A stretch of DNA of 21,898 nucleotides from IMG/VR virus record IMGVR_UViG_2529292734_000006; one strand, 5' to 3'. The stretch is from a virus. Lineage: Duplodnaviria > Heunggongvirae > Uroviricota > Caudoviricetes. Shown piece by piece: positions 1 through 9,892 of this stretch; within the stretch, counting starts at the first letter, position 1; every line of letters starts with the position of its first letter. The translations under genes were made by a program, and so were the position numbers. The notes under the pieces are model-generated. The model worked only from the letters and a program-made list of their open reading frames with translations, made no database searches and had not been told where the DNA came from.

Positions 1-882
1 GATCATCCCGGACATACGTCCAGATGCGCCCTGTTTTCGTCTTTTTCAGGCCCGGTGCCAGTACCTTTACCGGTGTGTCGTCAGTGTGAAGCTTGCGGGT
101 ATTCATCACATAACGGTACAGGGCATCATTCAGCGGCGTCATTAACTGGCAGCACGCGTCAACCCAGTTGGAGAGTAATGCACGGCTCAGTTCGACACCC
201 TGTCGGGCAAAGATTTCACTCTGACGATACAGTGGCAGGTGTTCGCAGTATTTTCCCGTTAGCACGCGGGCAAGTAATCCAGGGCCCGCGATACCACGCT
301 CTATCGGGCGGGACGGCGCCGGTGCTTCAACGATGCAGTCACATTTTGTACAGGCTTTTTTTACCCGTTCTGTGCGGATCACTTTCAGGGCGCTGCTCAC
401 CAGTTCCAGTTGTTCTGCGCTGACTTCCCCCAGATAATCCAGCTCACCGCCACACTCCGGGCAACAGCTTTCTTCAGGCTCCAGGCGGTATATTTCACGG
501 GGGAGATGTGCCGGTAACGGACGACGATGGCGCGACTGTCGCAACTGGCGGGGAACCAGTGGGTCATCCTCACGCCCACTGTAACGATCGCTTTCCTGCT
601 CGCGTTGTTTCAGCAGGGCTTCAGCCTGTTCAACCTCACGACGCAGTTTTTCAGAACGGGTTCCGAACAGCATCCGGCGCAGTTTTTCTATCTGAGCCCG
701 CAGATGCTCTATTTCTCGCTCATCTTCTTCGATCTTTTCTTCGGCACGTGCCAGTGCAGAGCGCAGGAAGGCCTCCGTCTCTTCAACCAGACTCAGTTGC
801 TGGTCTTCTGACGGAGGGCTTCAGCCTGCTCAGAGAGCAGCCTTTCCAGCTCAGCGATGCGAATGAGGTATTTCTGACTCAT
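1..882 (-). pseudogene. IS66-family transposase TnpC (orfC), N-terminal portion; frameshifted and truncated by the window edge
   Basis: ATG at 882 (- strand) opens MSQKYLIRIAELERLLSEQAEAL... and hits TGA after about 32 codons. A different - strand frame continues ...LVEETEAFLRSALARAEEKIEEDEREIEHLRAQIEKLRRMLFGTRSEKL...CCPECGG... (leucine-zipper-like and Zn-finger motifs of IS66 transposases) to position 1. The frame change is near 797-810. Confidence 0.7.
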
Positions 883-931
883 GGCCGTTTTTATAATCCG
901 GCCCGGCGTTTTTTACAACATTGTCAGTGCG

Positions 932-1264
932 TTAAGGCGGGATGTTTTTTGGCTGACGCCAGTCCAGCTTATCGAGGAGCATTGCCAGTTGCGAGCGGGT
1001 AATGGATATCTTACCGTCACGCACCGCAGGCCAGATAAACTGACCTTCCTCAAGGCGTTTGGTGAACAGGCACAGACCATCAGCATCAGCCCACAGGATT
1101 TTAATCGTGTCTCCCCGTCGGCCACGGAAGATAAACAGGTGACCGGAGAAGGGGTTATCATCCAGCACATGCTGTATCTGCTCCCCCAGACCGTTGAAGG
1201 ATTTACGCATATCAGTAACGCCGGCAACGAGCCAGATACGGGTACCTGATGGGAGTGAAATCAT
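932..1264 (-). CDS. IS66-family accessory protein orfB (TnpB)
   Basis: 110-aa ORF; recalled match to IS66 orfB; start overlaps the orfA stop. Confidence 0.85.
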   Translation of the reverse strand: MISLPSGTRIWLVAGVTDMRKSFNGLGEQIQHVLDDNPFSGHLFIFRGRRGDTIKILWADADGLCLFTKRLEEGQFIWPAVRDGKISITRSQLAMLLDKLDWRQPKNIPP

Positions 1265-1698
1265 CGTCCCCTCCCGGTCAGCTCACGGATCAACACCGTG
1301 AGCAGCTCTGGTGAAGGATTTTCCAGCATCATTTTACCGTAATGGAATTCCACATGGCAGGAAGCTGCACAAGCAACTGATAATGCCTCCGGAGCAGGAG
1401 CATCTGTAGCACAGCGCGGGGGGTCGATAAGTTCCACTGGAACCAGAGTCGGAGAGGCCGGAAAAGATTGTGATACTGTAGGGCCTACAATAGTTGGAGG
1501 CATTCTACGAGAAATACGTCCTTCTCTTTGCCAGAGGCGTAGCCATTTAAAAATCAGGTTGTTATCAACGCCATGTTCCCGGGCCAGTTGTGCAACATTG
1601 GCATTTGGTTTCGAAGCCAGTTCAACCATATGAAGTTTAAATTCATTAGAAAATATCCGGCGGGTTCCGGAGCGCCAGTCTGTAGGTTTATCCATCAA
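1261..1698 (-). CDS. IS66-family accessory protein orfA (TnpA)
   Basis: 145-aa ORF immediately upstream of orfB with overlapping stop/start; position and size fit IS66 orfA. Confidence 0.75.
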   Translation of the reverse strand: MMDKPTDWRSGTRRIFSNEFKLHMVELASKPNANVAQLAREHGVDNNLIFKWLRLWQREGRISRRMPPTIVGPTVSQSFPASPTLVPVELIDPPRCATDAPAPEALSVACAASCHVEFHYGKMMLENPSPELLTVLIRELTGRGR

Positions 1699-1750
1699 TA
1701 GAACTCCGTCTAATTTAGAAGGAGCTCTAATTTAGTCTGCAAGGAGCAGG

Positions 1751-1780
1751 TGTTACAGACGGCATTGGCTTTACGCTTAC
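1751..1780 (-). repeat. Terminal inverted repeat of the IS66-family element (IS boundary at about 1780)
   Basis: Reverse complement of 1751-1780 is GTAAGCGTAAAGCCAATGCCGTCTGTAACA, the GTAAGCG-type terminus typical of IS66-family IRs. Exact IR length is not determinable without the other end. Confidence 0.6.
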
Positions 1781-1781
1781 G

Positions 1782-2062
1782 AAAGGAGTCCGTAATTTTG
1801 AGAATAAAGTTACGGTAACTGTAGCCTTACAGGACAAAGAACGCTTTGACGGTGAAATTTTTGGCCTGGATGTCGCCATGGACCGTGTTGAAGGAGCTGC
1901 GCTGGAGTTTTATGAGGCAGCAGCCAGAATGAGCGTCCGGCAAGTCTTCCTGGAAGTAGCAGAAAAATTGTCAGAAAAAGTTGAGTCTTATCTGCAGCAT
2001 CAGTACTCCTTTAAGATTGAAAATCCTGCCAATAAGCACGAGCGTCCTCATCATAAATATCT

Positions 2063-2066
<4 letters not shown>
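1782..2066 (+). pseudogene. 5'-truncated phage ORF of unknown function, open from the IS66 boundary to the endolysin start; probable target of the IS66 insertion (position matches the ydfR-like gene between holin and endolysin in Qin-type prophages)
   Basis: Reading frame is open with no stop from 1782 (first base after the IS end) to TGA at 2064-2066, which overlaps the endolysin ATG. The internal ATG at 1878 has no Shine-Dalgarno. The product is hydrophilic with no transmembrane segment, so it is not a holin. Confidence 0.4.
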
Positions 2067-3090
<1,024 letters not shown>

Positions 3091-3314
3091 ATTAATATTA
3101 AATCGGATTATTTTTAGCGCTGAATGTGAAATTTAAATAAAAAGGACTCTTCCATGAGTCAAAATCCTTGAAATCTTAAGGGTAAGATAAAAGGTCATTA
3201 GACAGAATGACACGTTTTATTAATAAATAAAGCTATTGTTTCATTCGTGTGTTTTTCTTTACAAAAGTAATCCTTGCTATGGTTGGTTAATCATGCGTTA
3301 ATGGTGTTCTGGTT

Positions 3315-3350
3315 TGTTACAAAATTATCTGAAGCAGTCATTGTTATAAT
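3315..3350 (+). promoter_or_regulatory. Putative sigma70 promoter with extended -10 (TGtTATAAT) for the cold-shock gene
   Basis: TATAAT at 3345-3350 preceded by TG at 3342-3343, in an AT-rich region about 100 nt upstream of the csp start. The -35 element is weak. Sequence-only prediction. Confidence 0.25.
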
Positions 3351-3453
3351 TTTATTATTTGTACCTCTTGAGATTTCCTTGTTGGTTTTTCTCTCTGATA
3401 TTTTTTTTCGGACCATTCTGCCCAAGGGCTAACTTCTTCAAAAGGTAATAATG

Positions 3454-3666
3454 ATGTCTAACAAAATGACTGGTTTAGTGAAATGGTTTAACCCTGAAAA
3501 AGGTTTTGGTTTCATCACGCCGAAAGATGGTAGCAAAGATGTGTTTGTGCATTTCTCAGCTATTCAGAGCAACGATTTCAAAACGTTAACTGAGAATCAG
3601 GAAGTCGAATTTGGTATTGAGAACGGACCTAAAGGCCCTGCAGCTGTTCATGTAGTGGCACTTTGA
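3454..3666 (+). CDS. cspI: Cold-shock protein, CspA family (prophage-encoded; most like CspI/CspB)
   Basis: Translation [38 protein letters not shown]... carries the RNP1/RNP2 cold-shock-domain motifs (KGFGFI, VFVHF); about 70 aa. Paralog assignment rests on memory and on the Rz-csp-gnsB context seen in the E. coli Qin prophage. An alternative ATG lies at 3451. Confidence 0.8.
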   Translation: MSNKMTGLVKWFNPEKGFGFITPKDGSKDVFVHFSAIQSNDFKTLTENQEVEFGIENGPKGPAAVHVVAL

Positions 3667-3873
3667 GGTAGAAAATATTACAAACCATATTCACTTTAGA
3701 TGCCCGTGTTGCCATGGTTCTCAGTATAGAACATCATCTTTTGATGTTTCTGACAGAAATCCTTTCGGGGCAAAATGTATCTTTTGTAAATCAATGATGA
3801 TTACATTTGATAATATTTCACAATACTTAAATGTTAGCCATCTGTCGTTAGATTTAAGAAAGTGAAAATGAAG

Positions 3874-3893
3874 GCTCCTTCGGGAGCTTTTTT
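3874..3893 (+). terminator. Rho-independent terminator-like hairpin (GCUCC-UUCG-GGAGC followed by a T6 run)
   Basis: 5-bp GC stem with a UUCG tetraloop at 3874-3887 followed by TTTTTT at 3888-3893, about 210 nt downstream of the csp stop. Confidence 0.45.
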
Positions 3894-4009
3894 GCTTAGT
3901 GTCTAGTCGATGGATACTCACATATTACGGTAACATTATGAAAAAATAATAGTTTTTTTAACTCTGAACCAGCAATGGTAGTGCCAGTGATGACCGAGTT
4001 AACACCATC

Positions 4010-4165
4010 ATGCGTGAATATCCAAATGGCGAAACAACACACCTCACTGTAATGGCTGCAGGGTTTCCATCTCTGACCGGAGATCATAAAGTCATTTATG
4101 TAGCAGCGGATCGACATGTAACTTCAGAAGAAATTCTGGAAGCAGCAATGAGACTCTTGAATTGA
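4010..4165 (+). CDS. Small hypothetical protein (51 aa), possibly ynfN-like
   Basis: ORF MREYPNGETTHLTVMAAGFPSLTGDHKVIYVAADRHVTSEEILEAAMRLLN; it is below the 60-aa cutoff of the ORF track. Weak ribosome-binding site. Supported mainly by its position between csp and gnsB, as in Qin-type prophages. Confidence 0.3.
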   Translation: MREYPNGETTHLTVMAAGFPSLTGDHKVIYVAADRHVTSEEILEAAMRLLN

Positions 4166-4334
4166 TTTGATTCTAATGCATTGATAATAAATGATAATCA
4201 TCTTTATCTGTTTGTGTGAAATTTAGACCGTCGTATGTTGATTATTGCGATGTTTCATCTTATCTTTTATACGTTTGCTCCATATAATTGACACTACTGT
4301 GTACCAGGACAGTCATAACAGACTAAAAGAGGAA

Positions 4335-4511
4335 ATGATGAACATTGAAGAGTTAAAAACAAAAACAGAAGCAGATATTTCTGAATATATAACAAAAAAA
4401 ATCATTGAGCTTAAGAAAAAGACCGGGAAAGAAGTTACCAGTATCCAGTTTACTGCACGGGAAAAAATGACTGGTCTTGAAAGCTATGATATCAAGATTG
4501 ATCTAATCTAG
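4335..4511 (+). CDS. gnsB: GnsA/GnsB-family small protein (57 aa)
   Basis: MNIEELKTKTEADISEYITKKIIELKKKTGKEVTSIQFTAREKMTGLESYDIKIDLI resembles E. coli GnsA/GnsB as recalled. Strong Shine-Dalgarno AAGAGG 6 nt upstream of ATG 4335. The 88-aa ORF in the track (4245) is an unlikely upstream extension. Confidence 0.75.
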   Translation: MMNIEELKTKTEADISEYITKKIIELKKKTGKEVTSIQFTAREKMTGLESYDIKIDLI

Positions 4512-4806
4512 CATGTTTATAGTATTAGCATCAATTTCTCATCAGATGCTATTCAACAATACAAATTACCCATAAACCTCGTTTTTACGGGGTTTTGTTA
4601 TATTTAAACATTACTGAATAGATATAAATCTCGATTGTCGATGGTATTGGTTGTGTGACAATACCTAGTCTTTCCGGTATGCCTGAAGAGAATACAAACG
4701 ACAGATTATGTAAGGGAAACGCGCTGAAACTTTCACTCTTTCATGCTGAGTGATTTGACGTTATATTTTTAGCCGCAAGTGAAGAGCAAACGAATGGAGC
4801 GACAAA

Positions 4807-5013
4807 ATGCATAAAGATCAATACACTGATGCCCCCTCCCAGGAGCAGGTTCGTGTAAAAACTATGCTTAATAGCACCATTTCGATGGGTTACCCGGATG
4901 TTGTAATTGCATGTATAGAACATCAAGTATCTCTGGAAGCATTCAGGGCAATTGAGGCCGCGTTAGTAAAGCACGATAAGAATACGAAGGATTATTCCCT
5001 GGTGGTTGACTGA
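4807..5013 (+). CDS. Hypothetical small protein (68 aa), unknown function
   Basis: ORF with GGAG 7 nt upstream of the ATG; no recognisable motif. The overlapping antisense ORF 4741..4926 lacks a ribosome-binding site. Confidence 0.35.
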   Translation: MHKDQYTDAPSQEQVRVKTMLNSTISMGYPDVVIACIEHQVSLEAFRAIEAALVKHDKNTKDYSLVVD

Positions 5014-5376
5014 TCACCATAACTGCTAACCATTCTGACCATTTCACAAGTGACAGAGTCAATATCGTATTCTGTCACTGTAAGGCTAATACAGTACTGC
5101 AATTCAACTACAGCAATGCCTCGTATTTAGGTGAATTTACAATATCGTCCAGTTCGGATGCCGGCTGCATTTCTGAAGATAAGGCATTTCGGTTCGCGTA
5201 TTTTCCCCTCATGCTCGTCAGTCCTGCGCGTAGTAAGAAACAGGACACTCACACTAATTTGTGTGGGCATGCTGTGATGTCCTTCTGAATTATCCCCATG
5301 CCATTATGTAACGCTCTGTTTCAGATGCTCGTCACGGTTGTCAGGCTGTCGGGTCCTCCCAGTGGGGGTCCCTGCC

Positions 5377-5396
5377 ACGGGGCGGGAGCGTCGCGG
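5377..5396. other. Candidate cos site (cosN-like) of the phage
   Basis: ACGGGGCGGGAGCGTCGCGG lies about 190 bp upstream of the terminase small subunit start. It resembles the lambda cosN region as I recall it (ACGGGGCGGCGACCTCGCGG, cohesive end GGGCGGCGACCT), and lambda cosN is about 190 bp upstream of Nu1. It is a GC-rich island in AT-rich DNA. Confidence 0.45.
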
Positions 5397-5436
5397 AAAA
5401 AGGCTAGTTTTTGAAATTTCATCCGTCATCACCACT

Positions 5437-5460
5437 ACTGTAATAGATTGATATTACAGT
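5437..5460. promoter_or_regulatory. Perfect 9-bp inverted repeat (ACTGTAATA-N6-TATTACAGT) with overlapping IHF-consensus match, between the candidate cos site and terS; possible cosB-like terminase/IHF binding site
   Basis: Palindrome at 5437-5445 and 5452-5460, followed by a T-rich tract. TAATAGATTGATA (5441-5453) fits the IHF consensus YAAnnnnTTGATW. Confidence 0.3.
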
Positions 5461-5565
5461 ATTTTTATTTTTGTGGTGTCGATTTTGATTGTTTTTTGTT
5501 CATCACTAACACCGTTTGCCTAAAGTCGTTCGCAAGATGCATGTTTAAAACATTCTGGAGCGGGT

Positions 5566-6060
5566 ATGGATCGAGAGTTAAAAAATCTGACGCTGAATAT
5601 CAGTCAATTGGCGGCACTGTCAGGTGTACATCGCCAGACTGCTGCGGCAAGGCTGCAAAATCTACCCGTTGCAGGGGGGCATGAAAGCAACCTCAAGCTT
5701 TATCGGGTGGTTGATATTGTGTCGGCATTTCTGGCATTACCACCGCCGGTTGCAGAAGGCGAAATGGACGCACATGAGCGCAAAGCCTGGTATCAGTCTG
5801 AACGTGAGCGTCTTAAGTTCGAACAGGAAACGGCACAACTCATTCCGGCCAGTGATGTCAGACGGGAGTTTGCCATCTGGGCAAAAGCGGTCGTGCAGGT
5901 GCTGGAGACATTACCGGATATTCTTGAACGTGACTGCGGTCTGCAGCCTGCCGCTGTGAGCCGTGTTCAGTCCATTATTGATGATCTGCGCGATCAGGTA
6001 GCCCTGCGGGTGACTGAAGCAGGTGCGGATGATGAGGAGGAATTACAGCAGGAGGAGTAA
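5566..6060 (+). CDS. Terminase small subunit (Nu1-like, N-terminal HTH DNA-binding domain)
   Basis: 164 aa; GGAG ribosome-binding site; N-terminal HTH-like segment (LTLNISQLAALSGVHRQTAAARL); acidic C-terminus; stop overlaps the terminase large subunit start (TAATG). Confidence 0.8.
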   Translation: MDRELKNLTLNISQLAALSGVHRQTAAARLQNLPVAGGHESNLKLYRVVDIVSAFLALPPPVAEGEMDAHERKAWYQSERERLKFEQETAQLIPASDVRREFAIWAKAVVQVLETLPDILERDCGLQPAAVSRVQSIIDDLRDQVALRVTEAGADDEEELQQEE

Positions 6061-8162
6061 TGCTGAATCAGGAAACCGCAAAGGCAGCACGAACCGATTC
6101 AGGTTATATCCTTCGCGCACCGAGACGAATGCGGGTTGCTGATGCCGTTGCTCAGTATATGCGGGTGCCCATGGGGGCAGGGAACTCAGTCCCATGGGAT
6201 CCGCTGGTGGCACCGTATGTTATTGAGCCTATGAACTGCCTGGCCTCGCGTGAATACGACGCAGTGATATTTGTTGGCCCGGCACGAACCGGCAAGACTA
6301 TCGGCCTGATTGACGGCTGGGTGATTTACAACGTGATTTGCGATCCTGCTGATATGCTGATCATTCAGATGACGGAGGAAAAAGCCCGCGAACACTCCAA
6401 AAAACGACTCGCCAGAACGTTTCGCGTCAGCCCGGAAGTGGTCAGTCGCCTGAGTCCGAACAAAAATGACAACAACGTTTATGACAGAACATTCCTTGCT
6501 GGCAACTACCTGAAAATCGGCTGGCCGTCAGTCAATATCATGTCTTCATCAGATTATAAATGCGTGGCGCTGACGGATTATGACCGTTTTCCGGAAGATA
6601 TTGATGGTGAGGGGGATGCCTTCTCTCTTGCCTCAAAACGTACCACCACATTTATGTCCAGTGGTATGACGCTGGTGGAGAGTTCCCCCGGCAGGGATGT
6701 GAAGGATGTGAAATGGCGACGGACTTCACCGCATGAGGCTCCACCAACCACGGGGATCCTGTCGCTCTATAACCGTGGCGATCGCCGTCGCTGGTACTGG
6801 CCCTGTCCACACTGTGGTGAGTATTTTCAGCCCTGCGGCGATGTGGTTGCTGGTTTCCGTGATATTGCCGATCCTGTGCTGGCAAGTGAGGCGGCTTATA
6901 TTCAGTGTCCTTCCTGTTCAGGACGGATTTTGCCTGAACAAAAACGCGAGCTGAACGGACGTGGGGTCTGGTTACGGGATGGTGAATCCATCAATGCAGA
7001 TGGCAGTCGTTATGGTGATCCCCGGCGTTCACGTATTGCGTCATTCTGGATGGAGGGTCCGGCAGCTGCTTATCAGACACTCTCGCAACTCGTTTACAAA
7101 CTGCTTACTGCAGAACAGGAATACGAGACAACCGGAAGTGAAGAGACACTCAAGACGGTTATCAATACCGACTGGGGATTACCTTATCTTCCCCGCGCCA
7201 GCATGGAGCAACGAAAAAGTGAATTGCTTGAGCAGCGGGCAGAGCCAGTTCCTTCCCGCAGTGTGCCGGATGGCGTTAATTTCCTTGTGGCGACAGTGGA
7301 TGTGCAGGCGGGACGTCATCGCCGTTTTGTGGTTCAGGTAACGGGCTATGGCAGCCGTGGCGAACGCTGGATTATTGATCGTTACAACATCACGCAGTCA
7401 TTGCGCGGTGACAGCGACGGGGAGAGCCAGCGAATTGATCCGGCCAGCTATCCGGAAGACTGGGATGTCCTGCTGACGGATGTTTTTCATAAAAGCTGGC
7501 CGCTGGCCTCCGACCCTTCTCAACAAATGCGACTGATGGCAATGGCGGTGGACTCCGGCGGTGAAGACGGGGTCACTGATAATGCCTATAAATTCTGGCG
7601 TCGTTGCCGTCGTGATGGCCTTGGTAAACGTATTTACCTGTTTAAGGGCGACAGCATCCGGCGAGCAAAACTGATCACCCGTACATTCCCTGATAACACC
7701 GGACGAACGGGCCGACGGGCGCAGGCCGCAGGTGATGTGCCGCTCTGGCTTCTTCAGACGGATGCCCTGAAAGACCGGGTGAATAACGCGTTATGGCGTG
7801 ACTCGCTAGGTCCCGGCTATGTGCATTTCCCTGACTGGCTGGGGAGCTGGTTTTACGACGAACTGACGTATGAAGAGCGGAGCAGTGACGGGAAATGGAG
7901 TAAGCCGGGTCGCGGTGCCAACGAAGCTTTTGACCTGATGGTGTATGCCGAGGCTCTGGTCATTCTGCATGGATACGAAAAGATCCGCTGGCCGGATGCA
8001 CCGGAGTGGGCGAGCCGGGAAACCTGGCTGGAGTGTGTCCCGGACAGTACCGAACCGTCACCCTCACCGGAACCGGTACCCACGCCTGTTAAAAAACAAA
8101 AACGGAAGAAAACAGTAACTGACGATGTTAACCCCTGGCTGACTTCCGGAGGATGGTTATGA
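6060..8162 (+). CDS. Terminase large subunit (lambda gpA-like; ATPase and endonuclease)
   Basis: 700 aa. Walker A-like FVGPARTGKT; Zn-finger-like CPHCGEYF...CPSCSG resembling the lambda gpA CPHCGE motif; position after the small subunit. Confidence 0.9.
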   Translation: MLNQETAKAARTDSGYILRAPRRMRVADAVAQYMRVPMGAGNSVPWDPLVAPYVIEPMNCLASREYDAVIFVGPARTGKTIGLIDGWVIYNVICDPADMLIIQMTEEKAREHSKKRLARTFRVSPEVVSRLSPNKNDNNVYDRTFLAGNYLKIGWPSVNIMSSSDYKCVALTDYDRFPEDIDGEGDAFSLASKRTTTFMSSGMTLVESSPGRDVKDVKWRRTSPHEAPPTTGILSLYNRGDRRRWYWPCPHCGEYFQPCGDVVAGFRDIADPVLASEAAYIQCPSCSGRILPEQKRELNGRGVWLRDGESINADGSRYGDPRRSRIASFWMEGPAAAYQTLSQLVYKLLTAEQEYETTGSEETLKTVINTDWGLPYLPRASMEQRKSELLEQRAEPVPSRSVPDGVNFLVATVDVQAGRHRRFVVQVTGYGSRGERWIIDRYNITQSLRGDSDGESQRIDPASYPEDWDVLLTDVFHKSWPLASDPSQQMRLMAMAVDSGGEDGVTDNAYKFWRRCRRDGLGKRIYLFKGDSIRRAKLITRTFPDNTGRTGRRAQAAGDVPLWLLQTDALKDRVNNALWRDSLGPGYVHFPDWLGSWFYDELTYEERSSDGKWSKPGRGANEAFDLMVYAEALVILHGYEKIRWPDAPEWASRETWLECVPDSTEPSPSPEPVPTPVKKQKRKKTVTDDVNPWLTSGGWL

Positions 8163-8371
8163 ATCAGAATGATATTGAAGCCATGATTCAGCGTTATACG
8201 GAAGCTGAAATGGCGGTGCTGGACGGAAAATCCGTCACTTTTAATGGTCAGCAGATGACCATGGAAAACTTATCTGAGATCCGGCAGGGGCGGCAGGAGT
8301 GGGAGCGCCGCCTTGCGGCTCTGATTACACGACGACGGGGGCATCCCGGGTACCGGCTGGCGAGGTTCTGA
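8159..8371 (+). CDS. gpW-like head-tail joining protein
   Basis: About 70 aa, ending ...RRRGHPGYRLARF like the lambda gpW C-terminus (RRRGPAGF). ATGA overlap with the terminase stop; GGAGG ribosome-binding site. An alternative start is at 8153. Confidence 0.75.
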   Translation: MNQNDIEAMIQRYTEAEMAVLDGKSVTFNGQQMTMENLSEIRQGRQEWERRLAALITRRRGHPGYRLARF

Positions 8372-9879
8372 TGGCAATTCTTGATGATGTGATTGGCGTT
8401 TTTTCACCAGGATGGAAAGCGGCAAGGCTGCGTTCCCGTGCGGTGATCCAGGCTTATGAGGCCGTAAAAACGACGCGGACACACAAAGCCCGACGGGAGA
8501 ACCGAACTGCCGACCAGTTAAGCCAGTACGGGGCCGTGTCGTTACGTGAGCAGGCTCGTTACCTTGATAACAACCACGATCTGGTCATTGGTGTATTTGA
8601 CAAGCTGGAAGAACGGGTGGTGGGGAAAAACGGGATTATTGTCGAGCCACATCCGGTATTACGCAATGGGGCCATTGCCCGTGATCTGGCAGCGGAGATA
8701 CGTACCCGATGGAGTGAATGGTCTGTCAGTCCGGAGGTCACCGGGCAGTTTACCCGTCCGATGCTGGAACGTCTGATGCTGCGTACCTGGCTGCGCGATG
8801 GTGAGGTGTTTGCCCAGATGGTTTCCGGGCGCATAAACAGCCTGACGCCTTCTGCCGGTGTTCATTTCTGGCTGGAGGCGCTTGAGCCGGACTTTATTCC
8901 CATGACCAGTGATGAGAGCAACAGGCTGAATCAGGGCGTGTTTGTTGATGACTGGGGGCGTCCCGAAAAATATCTGGTGTATAAAAGCCGTCCCGTATCC
9001 GGGCGGCAGATGGAAACCAAAGAAGTGGATGCAGAGCGAATGCTGCATCTTAAATTTGTTCGCCGTCTGCACCAGATGCGCGGGACGTCTTTGTTGTCCG
9101 GTGTGCTGATCCGCCTCAGTGCTCTGAAAGAGTATGAAGATTCTGAGCTGACTGCAGCAAGGATCGCCGCTGCTCTGGGGATGTACATCCGGAAAGGCGA
9201 CGGACAGAGCTATGAAACGGATGGTAATGACAGCAAGGAGAATGAACGCGAGCTTACCATTCAGCCAGGCATTATTTACGACGATCTGAAACCCGGCGAA
9301 GAAATCGGAATGGTGAAGTCGGATCGCCCCAATCCTAACCTTGAAACTTTTCGTAATGGTCAGTTGCGTGCCGTGGCTGCGGGCAGTCGTCTGAGTTTTT
9401 CCAGTACAGCGCGCAACTATAACGGCACTTACAGCGCCCAGCGTCAGGAGCTGGTTGAATCTACTGATGGCTACCTGATCCTGCAGGACTGGTTTATTGG
9501 TGCCGTCACCCGCCCGATGTACCGTGCCTGGCTGAAACAGGCTGTGGTATCCGGTGTTATCAGGCTACCCCGCGATCTGGACCGATCTTCACTGTATACC
9601 GCGGTGTATTCCGGACCGGTGATGCCGTGGATTGACCCTGTTAAGGAGGCTGAGGCCTGGAAAATTCAGATTCGTGGTGGAGCGGCGACAGAATCAGACT
9701 GGGTACGTGCAGGTGGTCGTAATCCAGATGATGTCAAACGTCGGCGCAAGGCCGAAATTGATGAAAACCGCAAGCTGGATCTGGTATTTGATACCGATCC
9801 GGCCAGTGATAAAGGAGGCAGCAGTGCCGCAACGAAACGACAGGAGCCGCAGCACACCGACGACCAGTCCGAAGAATAA
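8371..9879 (+). CDS. Portal protein (lambda gpB-like)
   Basis: 502 aa from the ATG that overlaps the gpW stop (TGATG); position and size typical of lambda-family portal proteins. The 526-aa track ORF starts upstream inside gpW. Confidence 0.85.
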   Translation: MAILDDVIGVFSPGWKAARLRSRAVIQAYEAVKTTRTHKARRENRTADQLSQYGAVSLREQARYLDNNHDLVIGVFDKLEERVVGKNGIIVEPHPVLRNGAIARDLAAEIRTRWSEWSVSPEVTGQFTRPMLERLMLRTWLRDGEVFAQMVSGRINSLTPSAGVHFWLEALEPDFIPMTSDESNRLNQGVFVDDWGRPEKYLVYKSRPVSGRQMETKEVDAERMLHLKFVRRLHQMRGTSLLSGVLIRLSALKEYEDSELTAARIAAALGMYIRKGDGQSYETDGNDSKENERELTIQPGIIYDDLKPGEEIGMVKSDRPNPNLETFRNGQLRAVAAGSRLSFSSTARNYNGTYSAQRQELVESTDGYLILQDWFIGAVTRPMYRAWLKQAVVSGVIRLPRDLDRSSLYTAVYSGPVMPWIDPVKEAEAWKIQIRGGAATESDWVRAGGRNPDDVKRRRKAEIDENRKLDLVFDTDPASDKGGSSAATKRQEPQHTDDQSEE

Positions 9880-9892
9880 TTCTTGGTTCAGG

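Larger units (their letters stand above)
1..1780 (-). mobile_element. IS66-family insertion sequence, partial (left part lies outside the window); orfA-orfB-tnpC on the - strand
   Basis: Three consecutive - strand ORFs with the IS66 arrangement: orfA 1698..1261, orfB 1264..932 (ATGA overlap), tnpC from 882 leftwards. orfB translation (MISLPSGTRIWLVAGVTDMRKSFNGLGEQ...) matches IS66 TnpB as I recall it. The end at 1751-1780 reads GTAAGCGTAAAGCCAATGCC... on the - strand, a typical IS66-family terminal inverted repeat starting GTAAGCG. The window begins inside tnpC. Confidence 0.85.

Noticed and set aside
55-1002. Plus-strand ORFs 55..423, 508..1002 and 527..811
   Set aside because: They lie antisense within the IS66 tnpC region, whose - strand frames carry the recognisable transposase sequence.
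3721-4117. Minus-strand ORFs 3721..3921 and 3896..4117
   Set aside because: AT-rich region, no ribosome-binding sites, and they overlap the csp terminator and the 51-aa + strand ORF; judged spurious.
5350-5376. Direct GGGTCC repeats (GGGTCCTCCCAGTGGGGGTCCC) as a possible operator or riboswitch fragment
   Set aside because: Too short and unsupported; more simply explained as part of the GC-rich cos-flanking region.
6961-7341. 126-aa + strand ORF and other internal ORFs within the terminase large subunit (6186..6395, 6652..6885, 6733..6954)
   Set aside because: Alternative frames inside a strongly supported 700-aa gene.
9632-9892. Upstream extension of the protease-capsid ORF (739-aa version)
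   Set aside because: It would overlap the portal gene by about 250 bp in another frame; the ATG at 9893 just after the portal stop is the more plausible start.
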